A DNA stretch of 64,000 nucleotides from Eledone cirrhosa (taxonomy: Eukaryota). The notes under the pieces are model-generated. The model searched no databases. It had not been told where the DNA came from and saw nothing but the letters and a program-made list of their open reading frames with translations. The stretch is taken from positions 101,060,001 through 101,124,000 of the forward strand of contig OZ024743.1 of the NCBI GenBank assembly GCA_964016885.1, read 5' to 3'. The first letter of the stretch is position 1. Each line of letters opens with the position of its first letter. Shown piece after piece: positions 48,631 to 63,300 of this stretch. The translations under genes were made by a program, and so were the position numbers.

Positions 48631-51600
48631 CCCATTTTTTCTATATATTCCCCACTCTTTCTATGTATTCCCCACTCTTTCTATATATTCCTCGCTCATT
48701 CTATATATTCCCCACTCTTTCTATATATTCCCCACTCTTTCTATATATTCCTCATTCTTTCTATATATTCCTCATTCTTTCTATATATTCCTCACACTTT
48801 TTATATATTTCCCACTCTTTCTATATATTCCCCACTCTTTCTATATATTCCTCACTCTTTCTATATATTCCTCACTCTTTCTATATATTCCCCACTCTTT
48901 CTATATATTCCCCACTCTTTTTATATATTCCCCACTCTCTCTATATATTCCTCACTCTTTCTATAATATATTCCCCATTTTTTCTATATATTCCCCACTC
49001 TTTCTATGTATTCCCCACTCTTTCTATATATTCCTCGCTCATTCTATATATTCCCCACTCTTTCTATATATTCCCCACTCTTTCTATATATTCCTCACTC
49101 TTTCTAGATATTCCCCACTCTTTCTATATATTCATCACTCATTCTATATATTCCTCACTTTTCCTACAATATATTCCTCACTCTTTCTATATATTCCCCA
49201 CTCTTTCTATATCTTCCCCACTCTTTCTATATATTCCTCACTGTTTCTATATACTCCCCACTGTTTCTATATATTCATCACTCATTCTATATCTTCCTCA
49301 CTCTTTCTATATATTCCTCACTCTTTCTATATATTCCCCACTCTTTCTATATATTCCTCACTCTTTCTATATATTCCTCACTCTTTCTATATATTCCCCA
49401 CTCTTTCTATATATTCCTCACTCTTTCTATATATTCCTCACTCTTTTTATATATTCCCCACTCTTTGTATATATTCCCGACTCTTTCTATATAATCCCCA
49501 CTCTTTCTATATATTCCCCACTCTTTCTATATATTCCTCACTCTTTCTATATATTCTCCACTCTTTCGATAATATATTCCTCACTCTTTCTATATATTCC
49601 CCACTCTTTCTATATATTCCCCACTCTTTCTATATAGTCCCCACTCTTTCTATGTATTCCCCACTCTTTCTATATATTCCTCACTCATTCTATATATTCC
49701 CCACTCTTTCTATATATTCCCCACTCTTTCTATATATTCCTCACTCTTTCTAGATATTCCCCACTCTTTCTATATATTCATCACTCATTCTATATATTCC
49801 TCACTTTTCCTACAATATATTCCTCACTCTTTCTATATATTCCCCACTCTTTCTATATTTTCCCCACTCTTTCTATATATTCCTCACTGTTTCTATATAC
49901 TCCCCACTCTTTCTATATATTCATCACTTTTTCTATATCTTCCTCACTCTTTCCATATATTCCTCACTCTTTCTATATATTCCCCACTCTTTCTATATAT
50001 TCCCCACTCTTTCTATATAGTCCCCACTCTTTCTATATATTCCTCACTCTTTCTGTATATTCCTCACTCTTTCTATATATTCCTCACTCTTTCTCGATAT
50101 TCCCCACTCTTTCTATATATTCCTCACTCCTTCTATATATTCCGCACTCTTTCTATATATTCCTCACTCTTTCTATATATTCCCCACTCTTTCTATATAT
50201 TCCTCACTCTTTCTATATATTCCCCACTCTTTCTATATATTCCTCACTCTTTCTATATATTCCTCACTCTTTCTATATATTCCCCACTCTTTCTATATAT
50301 TCGTCACTCTTTCTATATATTCCCCACTCTTTCTATATATTCCCCACTCTTTCTATATATTCCTCACTCTTTCTATATATTCCTCACTCTTTCTATATAT
50401 TCCCCACTCTTTCTATATATTCCTCCCTCTTTCTATGTATTTCCCACTCTTTCTATATATTTCCCACTCTTTCTATATATTCCCCACTCTTTCTATAAAT
50501 TCTTCACTCTTTCTATAATATATCCCCCACACTTTCTATATATTCCCCACTCTTTCTATATATTCCTCACTCTTTCTATATATTCCTCACTCTTTCTATA
50601 TATTTCCCACTCTTTCTATAATATCTTCCCCACTCTTTCTATATATTCCTCACTCTTTCTATATAGCCCTCACTCTTTCTATATATTCCTCACTCTTTCT
50701 ATATGTTCCCCACTCTTTCTATATATTCCTCACTCTTTCTATATATTCCCCACTCTTTCTATATATTCCCCACTCTTTCTATATATTCCTCACTCTTTCT
50801 ATATATTCCTCACTCTTTCTATATATTCCTCACTTTTTCTATATATTCCCCACTGTTTCTATAATATGTTACCCACTCTTTCTATATATTTCCCACTCTT
50901 TCTATATATTCCTCACTCTTTCTATATATTCGCCACTCTTTCTATATATTCCTCACTCTTTCTATATCTTCCTTACTCTTTCAATATATTCCCTACTCTT
51001 TCTATATATTCCTCACTCTTTCTATAATGTATTCCCCACTCGTTCTATATATTCCCAACTCTTTCTATATATTCCTCACTCTTTCTATATATTCCTCACT
51101 CATTCTATAATATATTCTCCACGCTTTCTATATATTCCCCACTCTTTCTATATATTCCCAACTCTTTCTATATATTCCTCACTATTTCTATATATTCCCC
51201 ACTCATTCTATATATTCCTCACTCTTTCTATATATTCCTCACTTTTTCTATATATTCCCCACTCTTTCTATAATATATTCCTCACTCTTTCTATATATTC
51301 CCCACTTCTTCTATATATTCCCCACTCTTTCTATATATTCCCCACTCTTTCTATATATTCCCCACTCTTTCTATATATTCCTCACTCTTTCTATATATTC
51401 CCCACTCTCTCTATATATTCCTCACTCTTTCTATATATTCCTCATCTTTCTATATATTCCCCACTCTTTCTATATATTCCCCACTCTTTCTATAATATGT
51501 TCCCCACTCTTTCTATATATTCACCACTCTTTCTATATATTTCCCACTCTTTCTATATATCCCTCACTCTTTCTATATATTCCCCACTCTTTCTATATAT

Positions 51601-54600
51601 TCCTCACTATTTCTATATATTCCTCACTCTTTCTATATATTCACCACTCTTTCTATATATTCCTCACTCTTTCTATATATTCCTCACTCTTTCTATATAT
51701 TCCCCACTCTTTCTATATATTCCTCACTCTTTTTATATATTCCCCACTCTTTCTATATATTCCGCACTCTTTTCTCTCTTTCTATATAATCCTCACTCTT
51801 TCTATATATTCCCCACTCTTTCTATTTATTCCCCACTCTTTTTATATATTGCCCACTCTTTCTATATATTCCCTACTCTTTCTATATATTCCCCACTCCT
51901 TCTATATATTCCCCACTCTTTCTATATATTCCCCACTCTTTCTATATATTACCCACTCTTTTTATATATTCCCCACCCTTTCTATATATTCCTCACTCTT
52001 TCTATATATTCCTCACTTTTTCTATATATTCCTCACTCTTTCTATATATTCCCCACTCTTTCTATATATTGCTCACTCTTTCTATATATTCTCCACTCTT
52101 TCTATAATATGTTCCACACTCTTTCTATATATTCCCCACTCTTTCTATATATTCCTCACTCTTTCTATATATTTCTCACTCTTTCTATAATATCTTCCCC
52201 ACTCTTTCTATATATTCCCCACTCTTTCTATATATTCCTCACTCTTTCTCGAATATCTTCCCCACTCTTTCTAAATATTCCTCACCATTTCTATATATTC
52301 CTCACTCTTTCTATATATTCCCTACTCTTTCTATATATTCCCCACTTCTTCTATATATTCCCCACTCATTCTATATATTACCCACTCTTTTTATATATTC
52401 CCCACACTTTCTATATATTCCTCACTCTTTCTATATATTCCTCACTTTTTCTATATATTCTTCACTCTTTCTATATATCCCCACTCTTTCTATATATTCC
52501 TCACTCTTTCTATATATTCCCCACTCTTTCTATAATATATTCCTCACTCTTTCTATAATATATTCCCCACTCTTTCTATATATTCGCCACTCTTTCTATA
52601 TATTCACCACTCTTTCTATATATTCCCCACTCTTTCTATAATATGTTCCACACTCTTTCTATATATTCCCCACTCTTTCTATATATTCCTCACTCTTTCT
52701 ATATATTCCTCACTCTTTCTATATATTCCTCACTCTTTCTATATATTCCCCGCTCTTTCTATATATTCCTCACTCTTTCTATATATTCCCCACTCTTTCT
52801 ATATATTCCTCACTCTTTCTCGAATATCTTCCCCACTCTTTCTATCTATTCCCCACCATTTCTATATATTCCTCACTCTTTCTATATATTACCCTCTCTT
52901 TCTATATATTCCCCACTCTTTCTATATATTCCCCACTCTTTCTATATATTCCCCACTCTTTCTATAATATGTTCCCCACTCTTTCTATATATTCCCCACT
53001 CTTTCTATATATTCCTCACTCTTTCTATAATATATTCCCCACTCTTTTTATATATTCCCCTCTCTTTCTATATATTCCCCACTCTTTCTATATATTCCTC
53101 ACTCTTTCTATACATACCTCTCTCTTTATATATATTCCTCACTCTTTCTATATATTCACCACTCTTTCTATATATTCCTAACTCTTTCTATAATATATTC
53201 CCCACTCTTTCTATATATTCCTCACTCTTTCCATATATTCCTCACTCTTTCTCTATATTCCCCACTCTTTCTATATATTCCCCACTGTTTCTATATATTC
53301 CTCACTCTTTCTTTAATATATTCCCCACACTTTCTATATATTCCTCATTCTTTCTATATATTCCTCATTCTTTCTATATATTCCTCACACTTTTTATATA
53401 TTTCCCACTCTTTCTATATATTCCCCACTCTTCGTATATATTCCTCACTCTTTCTATATATTCCTCACTCTTTCTATATATTCCTCACTCTTTCTATATA
53501 TTCCCTATTCTTTCTATAATATATTCCCCACTCTTTCTATATATTCCCCACTCTTTTTATATATTCCCCACTCTCTCTATATATTCCTCACTCTTTCTAT
53601 AATATATTCCCCATTCTTTCTATATATTCCCCACTCTTTCTATGTATTCCCCACTCTTTCTATATATTCCTCGCTCATTCTATATATTCCCCACTCTTTC
53701 TATATATTCCCCACTCTTTCTATATATTCCTCACTCTTTCTAGATATTCCCCACTCTTTCTATATATTCATCACTCATTCTATGTATTCCTCAATTTTCC
53801 TACAATATATTCCTCACTCTTTCTATATATTCCCCACTCTTTCTATATCTTCCCCACTCTTTCTATATATTCCTCACTGTTTCTATATACTCCCCACTCT
53901 TTCTATATATTCATCACTCATTCTATATCTTCCTCACTCTTTCTATATATTCCTCACTCTTTCTATATATTCCCCACTCTTTCTATATATTCCTCACTCT
54001 TTCTATATATTCCCCACTCTTTCTATATATTCCTCACTCTTTCTATATATTCCCCACTCTTTTTATATATTCCCCACTCTTTCTATATATTCCCGACTCT
54101 TTCTATATATTCCCCACTCTTTCTATATATTCCCCACTCTTTCTATATATTCCTCACTCTTTCTATATATTCCCCACTCTTTCTATATAGTCCCCACTCT
54201 TTCTATGTATTCCCCACTCTTTCTATATATTCCTCACTCATTCTATATATTCCCCACTCTTTCTATATATTCCCCACTCTTTCTATATATTCCTCACTCT
54301 TTCTAGATATTCCCCACCCTTTCTATATATTCATCACTCATTCTATATATTCCTCACTTTTCCTACAATATATTCCTCACTCTTTCTATATATTCCCCAC
54401 TCTTTCTATATCTTCCCCACTCTTTCTATATATTCCTCACTGTTTCTATATACTCCCCACTCTTTCTATATATTCATCACTCTTTCTATATCTTCCTCAC
54501 TCTTTCTATATATTCCTCACTCTTTCTATATATTCATCACTCTTTCTATATCTTCCTCACTCTTTCTATATATTCCTCACTCTTTCTATATATTCCCCAC

Positions 54601-57399
54601 TCTTTCTATATCTTCCCCACTCTTTCTATATATTCCTCACTCTTTCTATGTATTCCCCACTCTTTCTATATATTCCTCACTCATTCTATATATTCCCCAC
54701 TCTTTCTATATATTCCCCACTCTTTCTATATATTCCTCACTCTTTCTATATACTCCCCACTCTTTCTATATATTCATCACTCATTCTATATCTTCCTCAC
54801 TCTTTCTATATATTCCCCACTCTTTCTATATAGTCCCCACTCTTTCTATGTATTCCCCACTCTTTCTATATATTCCTCACTCATTCTATATATTCCCCAC
54901 TCTTTCTATATATTCCCCACTCTTTCTATATATTCCTCACTCTTTCTAGATATTCCCCACCCTTTCTATATATTCATCACTCATTCTATATATTCCTCAC
55001 TTTTCCTACAATATATTCCTCACTCTTTCTATATATTCCTCACTCTTTCTATATATTCACCACTCTTTCTATATATTCCTCACTCTTTCTATATATTCCC
55101 CACTCTTTCTATATCTTCCCCACTCTTTCTATATATTCCTCACTCTTTCTATATATTCCCAACTCTTTCTATATATTCCCCACTCTTTTTATATATTCCC
55201 CACTCTTTCTATATATTCCCGACTCTTTCTATATAATCCCCACTCTTTTGATATATTCCCCACTCTTTCTATATATTCCTCACTCTTTCTATATATTCTC
55301 CACTCTTTCTATAATATATTCCTCACTCTTTCTATATATTCCCCACTCTTTCTATATATTCCCCACTCTTTCTATATAGTCCCCACTCTTTCTATATATT
55401 CCTCACTCTTTCTGTATATTCCTCACTCTTTCTATATATTCCTCACTCTTTCTCGATATTCCCCACTCTTTCTATATATTCCTCACTCCTTCTATATATT
55501 CCTCACTCTTTCTATATAATCCTCACTCTTTCTATATATTCCCCACTCTTTCTATATATTCCTCACTCTTTCTATATATTCCCCACTTATTCTATATATT
55601 CCTCACTCTTTCTATATATTCCTCACTCTTTCTATATATTCCCCACTCTTTCTATATATTCGTCACTCTTTCTATATATTCCCCACTCTTTCTATATATT
55701 CCCCACTCTTTCTATATATTCCTCACTCTTTCTATATATTCCTCACTCTTTCTATATATTCCCCACTCTTTCTATATATTGCCCACTCTTTCTATGTATT
55801 TCCCACTCTTTCTATATATTTCCCACTCTTTCTATATATTCCCCACTCTTTCTATATATTCTTCACTCTTTCTATAATATATCCCCCACACTTTCTATAT
55901 ATTCCCCACTCTTTCTATATATTCCTCACTCTTTCTATATATTCCTCACTCTTTCTATATATTTCCCACTCTTTCTATAATATCTTCCCCTCTCTTTCTA
56001 TATATTCCCCACTCTTTCTATATATCCCTCACTCTTTCTATATATTCCTCACTCTTTCTACATATTCCCCACTCTTTCTACATATTCCCCATTATTCTAT
56101 ATATTCCCCACTCTTTCTATATATTCCCCACTCTTTCTATATATTCCTCACTCTTTCTATAATATCTTCCCCACTCTTTCTATATATATTCCCCACTCTT
56201 TCTATATATTCCTCACTCTTTCTATACATACCTCTCTCTTTATATATATTCCTCACTCTTTCTATATATTCACCACTCTTTCTATATATTCCTAACTCTT
56301 TCTATAATATATTCCCCACTCTTTCTATATATTCCTCACTCTTTCCATATATTCCTCACTCTTTCTCTATATTTCCCACTCTTTCTATATATTCCCCACT
56401 GTTTCTATATATTCCTCACTCTTTCTTTAATATATTCCCCACACTTTCTATATATTCCTCATTCTTTCTATATATTCCTCATTCTTTCTATATATTCCTC
56501 ACACTTTTTATATATTTCCCACTCTTTCTATATATTCCCCACTCTTTCTATATATTCCTCACTCTTTCTATATATTCCTCACTCTTTCTATATATTCCTC
56601 ACTCTTTCTATATATTCCCTATTCTTTCTATAATATATTCCCCACTCTTTCTATATATTCCCCACTCTTTTTATATATTCCCCACTCTCTCTATATATTC
56701 CTCACTCTTTCTATAATATATTCCCCATTCTTTCTATATATTCCCCACTCTTTCTATGTATTCCCCACTCTTTCTATATATTCCTCGCTCATTCTATATA
56801 TTCCCCACTCTTTCTATATATTCCCCACTCTTTCTATATATTCCTCACTCTTTCTAGATATTCCCCACTCTTTCTATATATTCATCACTCATTCTATATA
56901 TTCCTCACTTTTCCTACAATATATTCCTCACTCTTTCTATATATTCCCCACTCTTTCTATATCTTCCCCACTCTTTCTATATATTCCTCACTGTTTCTAT
57001 ATACTCCCCACTCTTTCTATATATTCATCACTCATTCTATATCTTCCTCACTCTTTCTATATATTCCTCACTCTTTCTATATATTCCCCACTCTTTCTAT
57101 ATATTCCTCACTCTTTCTATATATTCCCCACTCTTTCTATATATTCCTCACTCTTTCTATATATTCCCCACTCTTTTTATATATTCCCCACTCTTTCTAT
57201 ATCTTCCTCACTCTTTCTATATATTCCTCACTCTTTCTATATATTCCCCACTCTTTCTATATATTCCTCACTCTTTCTATATATTCCCCACTCTTTCTAT
57301 ATATTCCTCACTCTTTCTATATATTCCCGACTCTTTCTATATATTCCCCACTCTTTCTATATATTCCCCACTCTTTCTATATATTCCTCACTCTTTCTA

Positions 57400-60300
57400 T
57401 ATATTCCCCACTCTTTCTATATAGTCCCCACTCTTTCTATGTATTCCCCACTCTTTCTATATATTCCTCACTCATTCTATATATTCCCCACTCTTTCTAT
57501 ATATTCCCCACTCTTTCTATATATTCCTCACTCTTTCTAGATATTCCCCACCCTTTCTATATATTCATCACTCATTCTATATATTCCTCACTTTTCCTAC
57601 AATATATTCCTCACTGTTTCTATATACTCCCCACTCTTTCTATATATTCATCACTCTTTCTATATCTTCCTCACTCTTTCTATATATTCCTCACACTTTC
57701 TATATATTCATCACTCTTTCTATATCTTCCTCACTCTTTCTATATATTCCTCACTCTTTCTATATATTCCCCACTCTTTCTATATTTTCCCCACTCTTTC
57801 TATATATTCCTCACTGTTTCTATATACTCCCCACTCTTTCTATATATTCATCACTCATTCTATATCTTCCTCACTCTTTCTATATATTCCTCACTCTTTC
57901 TATATATTCCCCACTCTTTCTATATATTCCCCACTCTTTTTATATATTCCCCACTCTTTCTATATATTCCCGACTCTTTCTATATAATCCCCACTCTTTT
58001 GATATATTCCCCACTCTTTCTATATATTCCTCACTCTTTCTATATATTCTCCACTCTTTCTATAATATATTCCTCACTCTTTCTATATATTCCCCACTCT
58101 TTCTATATATTCCCCACTCTTTCTATATAGTCCCCACTCTTTCTATATATTCCTCACTCTTTCTCTATATTCCTCACTCTTTCTATATATTCCTCACTCC
58201 TTCTCGATATTCCCCACTCTTTCTATATATTCCTCACTCCTTCTATATATTCCTCACTCTTTCTATATATTCCTCACTCTTTCTATATATTCCCCACTCT
58301 TTCTATATATTCCTCACTCTTTCTATATATTCCCCACTTATTCTATATATTCCTCACTCTTTCTATATATTCCTCACTCTTTCTATATATTCCCCACTCT
58401 TTCTATATATTCGTCACTCTTTCTATATATTCCCCACTCTTTCTATATATTCCCCACTCTTTCTATATATTCCTCACTCTTTCTATATATTCCTCACTCT
58501 TTCTATATATTTCCCACTCTTTCTATAATATCTTCCCCTCTCTTTCTATATATTCCCCACTCTTTCTATATATCCCTCACTCTTTCTATATATTCCTCAC
58601 TCTTTCTACATATTCCCCACTCTTTCTACATAATCCCCATTATTCTATATATTCCCCACTCTTTCTATATATTCCTCACTCTTTCTATATATTTCCCACT
58701 CTTTCTATAATATCTTCCCCTCTCTTTCTATATATTCCCCACTCTTTCTATATATCCCTCACTCTTTCTATATATTCCTCACTCTTTCTACATATTCCCC
58801 ACTCTTTCTACATAATCCCCATTATTCTATATATTCCCCACTCTTTCTATATATTCCCCACTCTTTCTATATATTCCTAACTCTTTCTATAATATATTCC
58901 CCACTCTTTCTATATATTCCTCACTCTTTCCATATATTCCTCACTCTTTCTCTATATTTCCCACTCTTTCTATATATTCCCCACTGTTTCTATATATTCC
59001 TCACTCTTTCTTTAATATATTCCCCACACCTTCTATATATTCCTCATTCTTTCTATATATTCCTCATTCTTTCTATATATTCCTCACACTTTTTATATAT
59101 TTCCCACTCTTTCTATATATTCCCCACTCTTTCTATATATTCCTCACTCTTTCTATATATTCCTCACTCTTTCTATATATTCCTCACTCTTTCTATATAT
59201 TCCCTATTCTTTCTATAATATATTCCCCACTCTTTCTATATATTCCCCACTCTTTTTATATATTCCCCACTCTCTCTATATATTCCTCACTCTTTCTATA
59301 ATATATTCCCCATTCTTTCTATATATTCCCCACTCTTTCTATGTATTCCCCACTCTTTCTATATATTCCTCGCTCATTCTATATATTCCCCACTCTTTCT
59401 ATATATTCCCCACTCTTTCTATATATTCCTCACTCTTTCTAGATATTCCCCACTCTTTCTATATATTCATCACTCATTCTATATATTCCTCACTTTTCCT
59501 ACAATATATTCCTCACTCTTTCTATATATTCCCCACTCTTTCTATATCTTCCCCACTCTTTCTATATATTCCTCACTGTTTCTATATACTCCCCACTCTT
59601 TCTATATATTCATCACTCATTCTATATCTTCCTCACTCTTTCTATATATTCCCCACTCTTTCTATATCTTCCTCACTCTTTCTATATATTCCTCACTCTT
59701 TCTATATATTCCCCACTCTTTCTATATATTCCTCACTCTTTCTATATATTCCCCACTCTTTCTATATATTCCTCACTCTTTCTATATATTCCCGACTCTT
59801 TCTATATATTCCCCACTCTTTCTATATATTCCCCACTCTTTCTATATATTCCTCACTCTTTCTATATATTCCCCACTCTTTCTATATAGTCCCCACTCTT
59901 TCTATGTATTCCCCACTCTTTCTATATATTCCTCACTCATTCTATATATTCCCCACTCTTTCTATATATTCCCCACTCATTCTATATCTTCCTCACTCTT
60001 TCTATATATTCCCCACTCTTTCTATATAGTCCCCACTCTTTCTATGTATTCCCCACTCTTTCTATATATTCCTCACTCATTCTATATATTCCCCACTCTT
60101 TCTATATATTCCCCACTCTTTCTATATATTCCTCACTCTTTCTAGATATTCCCCACCCTTTCTATATATTCATCACTCATTCTATATATTCCTCACTTTT
60201 CCTACAATATATTCCTCACTGTTTCTATATACTCCCCACTCTTTCTATATATTCATCACTCTTTCTATATCTTCCTCACTCTTTCTATATATTCCTCACT

Positions 60301-63300
60301 CTTTCTATATATTCATCACTCTTTCTATATCTTCCTCACTCTTTCTATATATTCCTCACTCTTTCTATATATTCCCCACTCTTTCTATATTTTCCCCACT
60401 CTTTCTATATATTCCTCACTGTTTCTATATACTCCCCACTCTTTCTATATATTCATCACTCATTCTATATCTTCCTCACTCTTTCTATATATTCCTCACT
60501 CTTTCTATATATTCCCCACTCTTTCTATATATTCCCCACTCTTTTTATATATTCCCCACTCTTTCTATATATTCCCGACTCTTTCTATATAATCCCCACT
60601 CTTTTGATATATTCCCCACTCTTTCTATATATTCCTCACTCTTTCTATATATTCTCCACTCTTTCTATAATATATTCCTCACTCTTTCTATATATTCCCC
60701 ACTCTTTCTATATATTCCCCACTCTTTCTATATAGTCCCCACTCTTTCTATATATTCCTCACTCTTTCTCTATATTCCTCACTCTTTCTATATATTCCTC
60801 ACTCCTTCTCGATATTCCCCACTCTTTCTATATATTCCTCACTCCTTCTATATATTCCTCACTCTTTCTATATATTCCTCACTCTTTCTATATATTCCCC
60901 ACTCTTTCTATATATTCCTCACTCTTTCTATATATTCCCCACTTATTCTATATATTCCTCACTCTTTCTATATATTCCTCACTCTTTCTATATATTCCCC
61001 ACTCTTTCTATATATTCGTCACTCTTTCTATATATTCCCCACTCTTTCTATATATTCCCCACTCTTTCTATATATTCCTCACTCTTTCTATATATTCCTC
61101 ACTCTTTCTATATATTTCCCACTCTTTCTATAATATCTTCCCCTCTCTTTCTATATATTCCCCACTCTTTCTATATATCCCTCACTCTTTCTATATATTC
61201 CTCACTCTTTCTACATATTCCCCACTCTTTCTACATAATCCCCATTATTCTATATATTCCCCACTCTTTCTATATATTCCTCACTCTTTCTATATATTTC
61301 CCACTCTTTCTATAATATCTTCCCCTCTCTTTCTATATATTCCCCACTCTTTCTATATATCCCTCACTCTTTCTATATATTCCTCACTCTTTCTACATAT
61401 TCCCCACTCTTTCTACATAATCCCCATTATTCTATATATTCCCCACTCTTTCTATATATTCCCCACTCTTTCTATATATTCCTAACTCTTTCTATAATAT
61501 ATTCCCCACTCTTTCTATATATTCCTCACTCTTTCCATATATTCCTCACTCTTTCTCTATATTTCCCACTCTTTCTATATATTCCCCACTGTTTCTATAT
61601 ATTCCTCACTCTTTCTTTAATATATTCCCCACACTTTCTATATATTCCTCATTCTTTCTATATATTCCTCATTCTTTCTATATATTCCTCACACTTTTTA
61701 TATATTTCCAACTCTTTCTATATATTCCCCACTCTTTCTATATATTCCTCACTCTTTCTATATATTCCTCACTCTTTCTATATATTCCTCACTCTTTCTA
61801 TATATTCCCTATTCTTTCTATAATATATTCCCCACTCTTTCTATATATTCCCCACTCTTTTTATATATTCCCCACTCTCTCTATATATTCCTCACTCTTT
61901 CTATAATATATTCCCCATTCTTTCTATATATTCCCCACTCTTTCTATGTATTCCCCACTCTTTCTATATATTCCTCGCTCATTCTATATATTCCCCACTC
62001 TTTCTATATATTCCCCACTCTTTCTATATATTCCTCACTCTTTCTAGATATTCCCCACTCTTTCTATATATTCATCACTCATTCTATATATTCCTCACTT
62101 TTCCTACAATATATTCCTCACTCTTTCTATATATTCCCCACTCTTTCTATATCTTCCCCACTCTTTCTATATATTCCTCACTGTTTCTATATACTCCCCA
62201 CTCTTTCTATATATTCATCACTCATTCTATATCTTCCTCACTCTTTCTATATATTCCCCACTCTTTCTATATCTTCCTCACTCTTTCTATATATTCCTCA
62301 CTCTTTCTATATATTCCCCACTCTTTCTATATATTCCTCACTCTTTCTATATATTCCCCACTCTTTCTATATATTCCTCACTCTTTCTATATATTCCCGA
62401 CTCTTTCTATATATTCCCCACTCTTTCTATATATTCCCCACTCTTTCTATATATTCCTCACTCTTTCTATATATTCCCCACTCTTTCTATATAGTCCCCA
62501 CTCTTTCTATGTATTCCCCACTCTTTCTATATATTCCTCACTCATTCTATATATTCCCCACTCTTTCTATATATTCCCCACTCATTCTATATCTTCCTCA
62601 CTCTTTCTATATATTCCCCACTCTTTCTATATAGTCCCCACTCTTTCTATGTATTCCCCACTCTTTCTATATATTCCTCACTCATTCTATATATTCCCCA
62701 CTCTTTCTATATATTCCCCACTCTTTCTATATATTCCTCACTCTTTCTAGATATTCCCCACCCTTTCTATATATTCATCACTCATTCTATATATTCCTCA
62801 CTTTTCCTACAATATATTCCTCACTGTTTCTATATACTCCCCACTCTTTCTATATATTCATCACTCTTTCTATATCTTCCTCACTCTTTCTATATATTCC
62901 TCACTCTTTCTATATATTCATCACTCTTTCTATATCTTCCTCACTCTTTCTATATATTCCTCACTCTTTCTATATATTCCCCACTCTTTCTATATTTTCC
63001 CCACTCTTTCTATATATTCCTCACTGTTTCTATATACTCCCCACTCTTTCTATATATTCATCACTCATTCTATATCTTCCTCACTCTTTCTATATATTCC
63101 TCACTCTTTCTATATATTCCCCACTCTTTCTATATATTCCCCACTCTTTTTATATATTCCCCACTCTTTCTATATATTCCCGACTCTTTCTATATAATCC
63201 CCACTCTTTTGATATATTCCCCACTCTTTCTATATATTCCTCACTCTTTCTATATATTCTCCACTCTTTCTATAATATATTCCTCACTCTTTCTATATAT

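Noticed and set aside
1230-54833. Dozens of plus-strand ORFs up to 855 aa encoding (IYSPLFLYIPHSFYIFLTLS)n-like hydrophobic repeats
   Set aside because: They are translations of the satellite. The plus consensus has no TAA, TAG or TGA, so all three frames are open and give the same 20-aa repeat (3 monomers = 60 bp). Starts are chance ATG/TTG variants and stops come mostly from the TAA in 23-mers. The ORFs overlap in several frames and have no unique domain.
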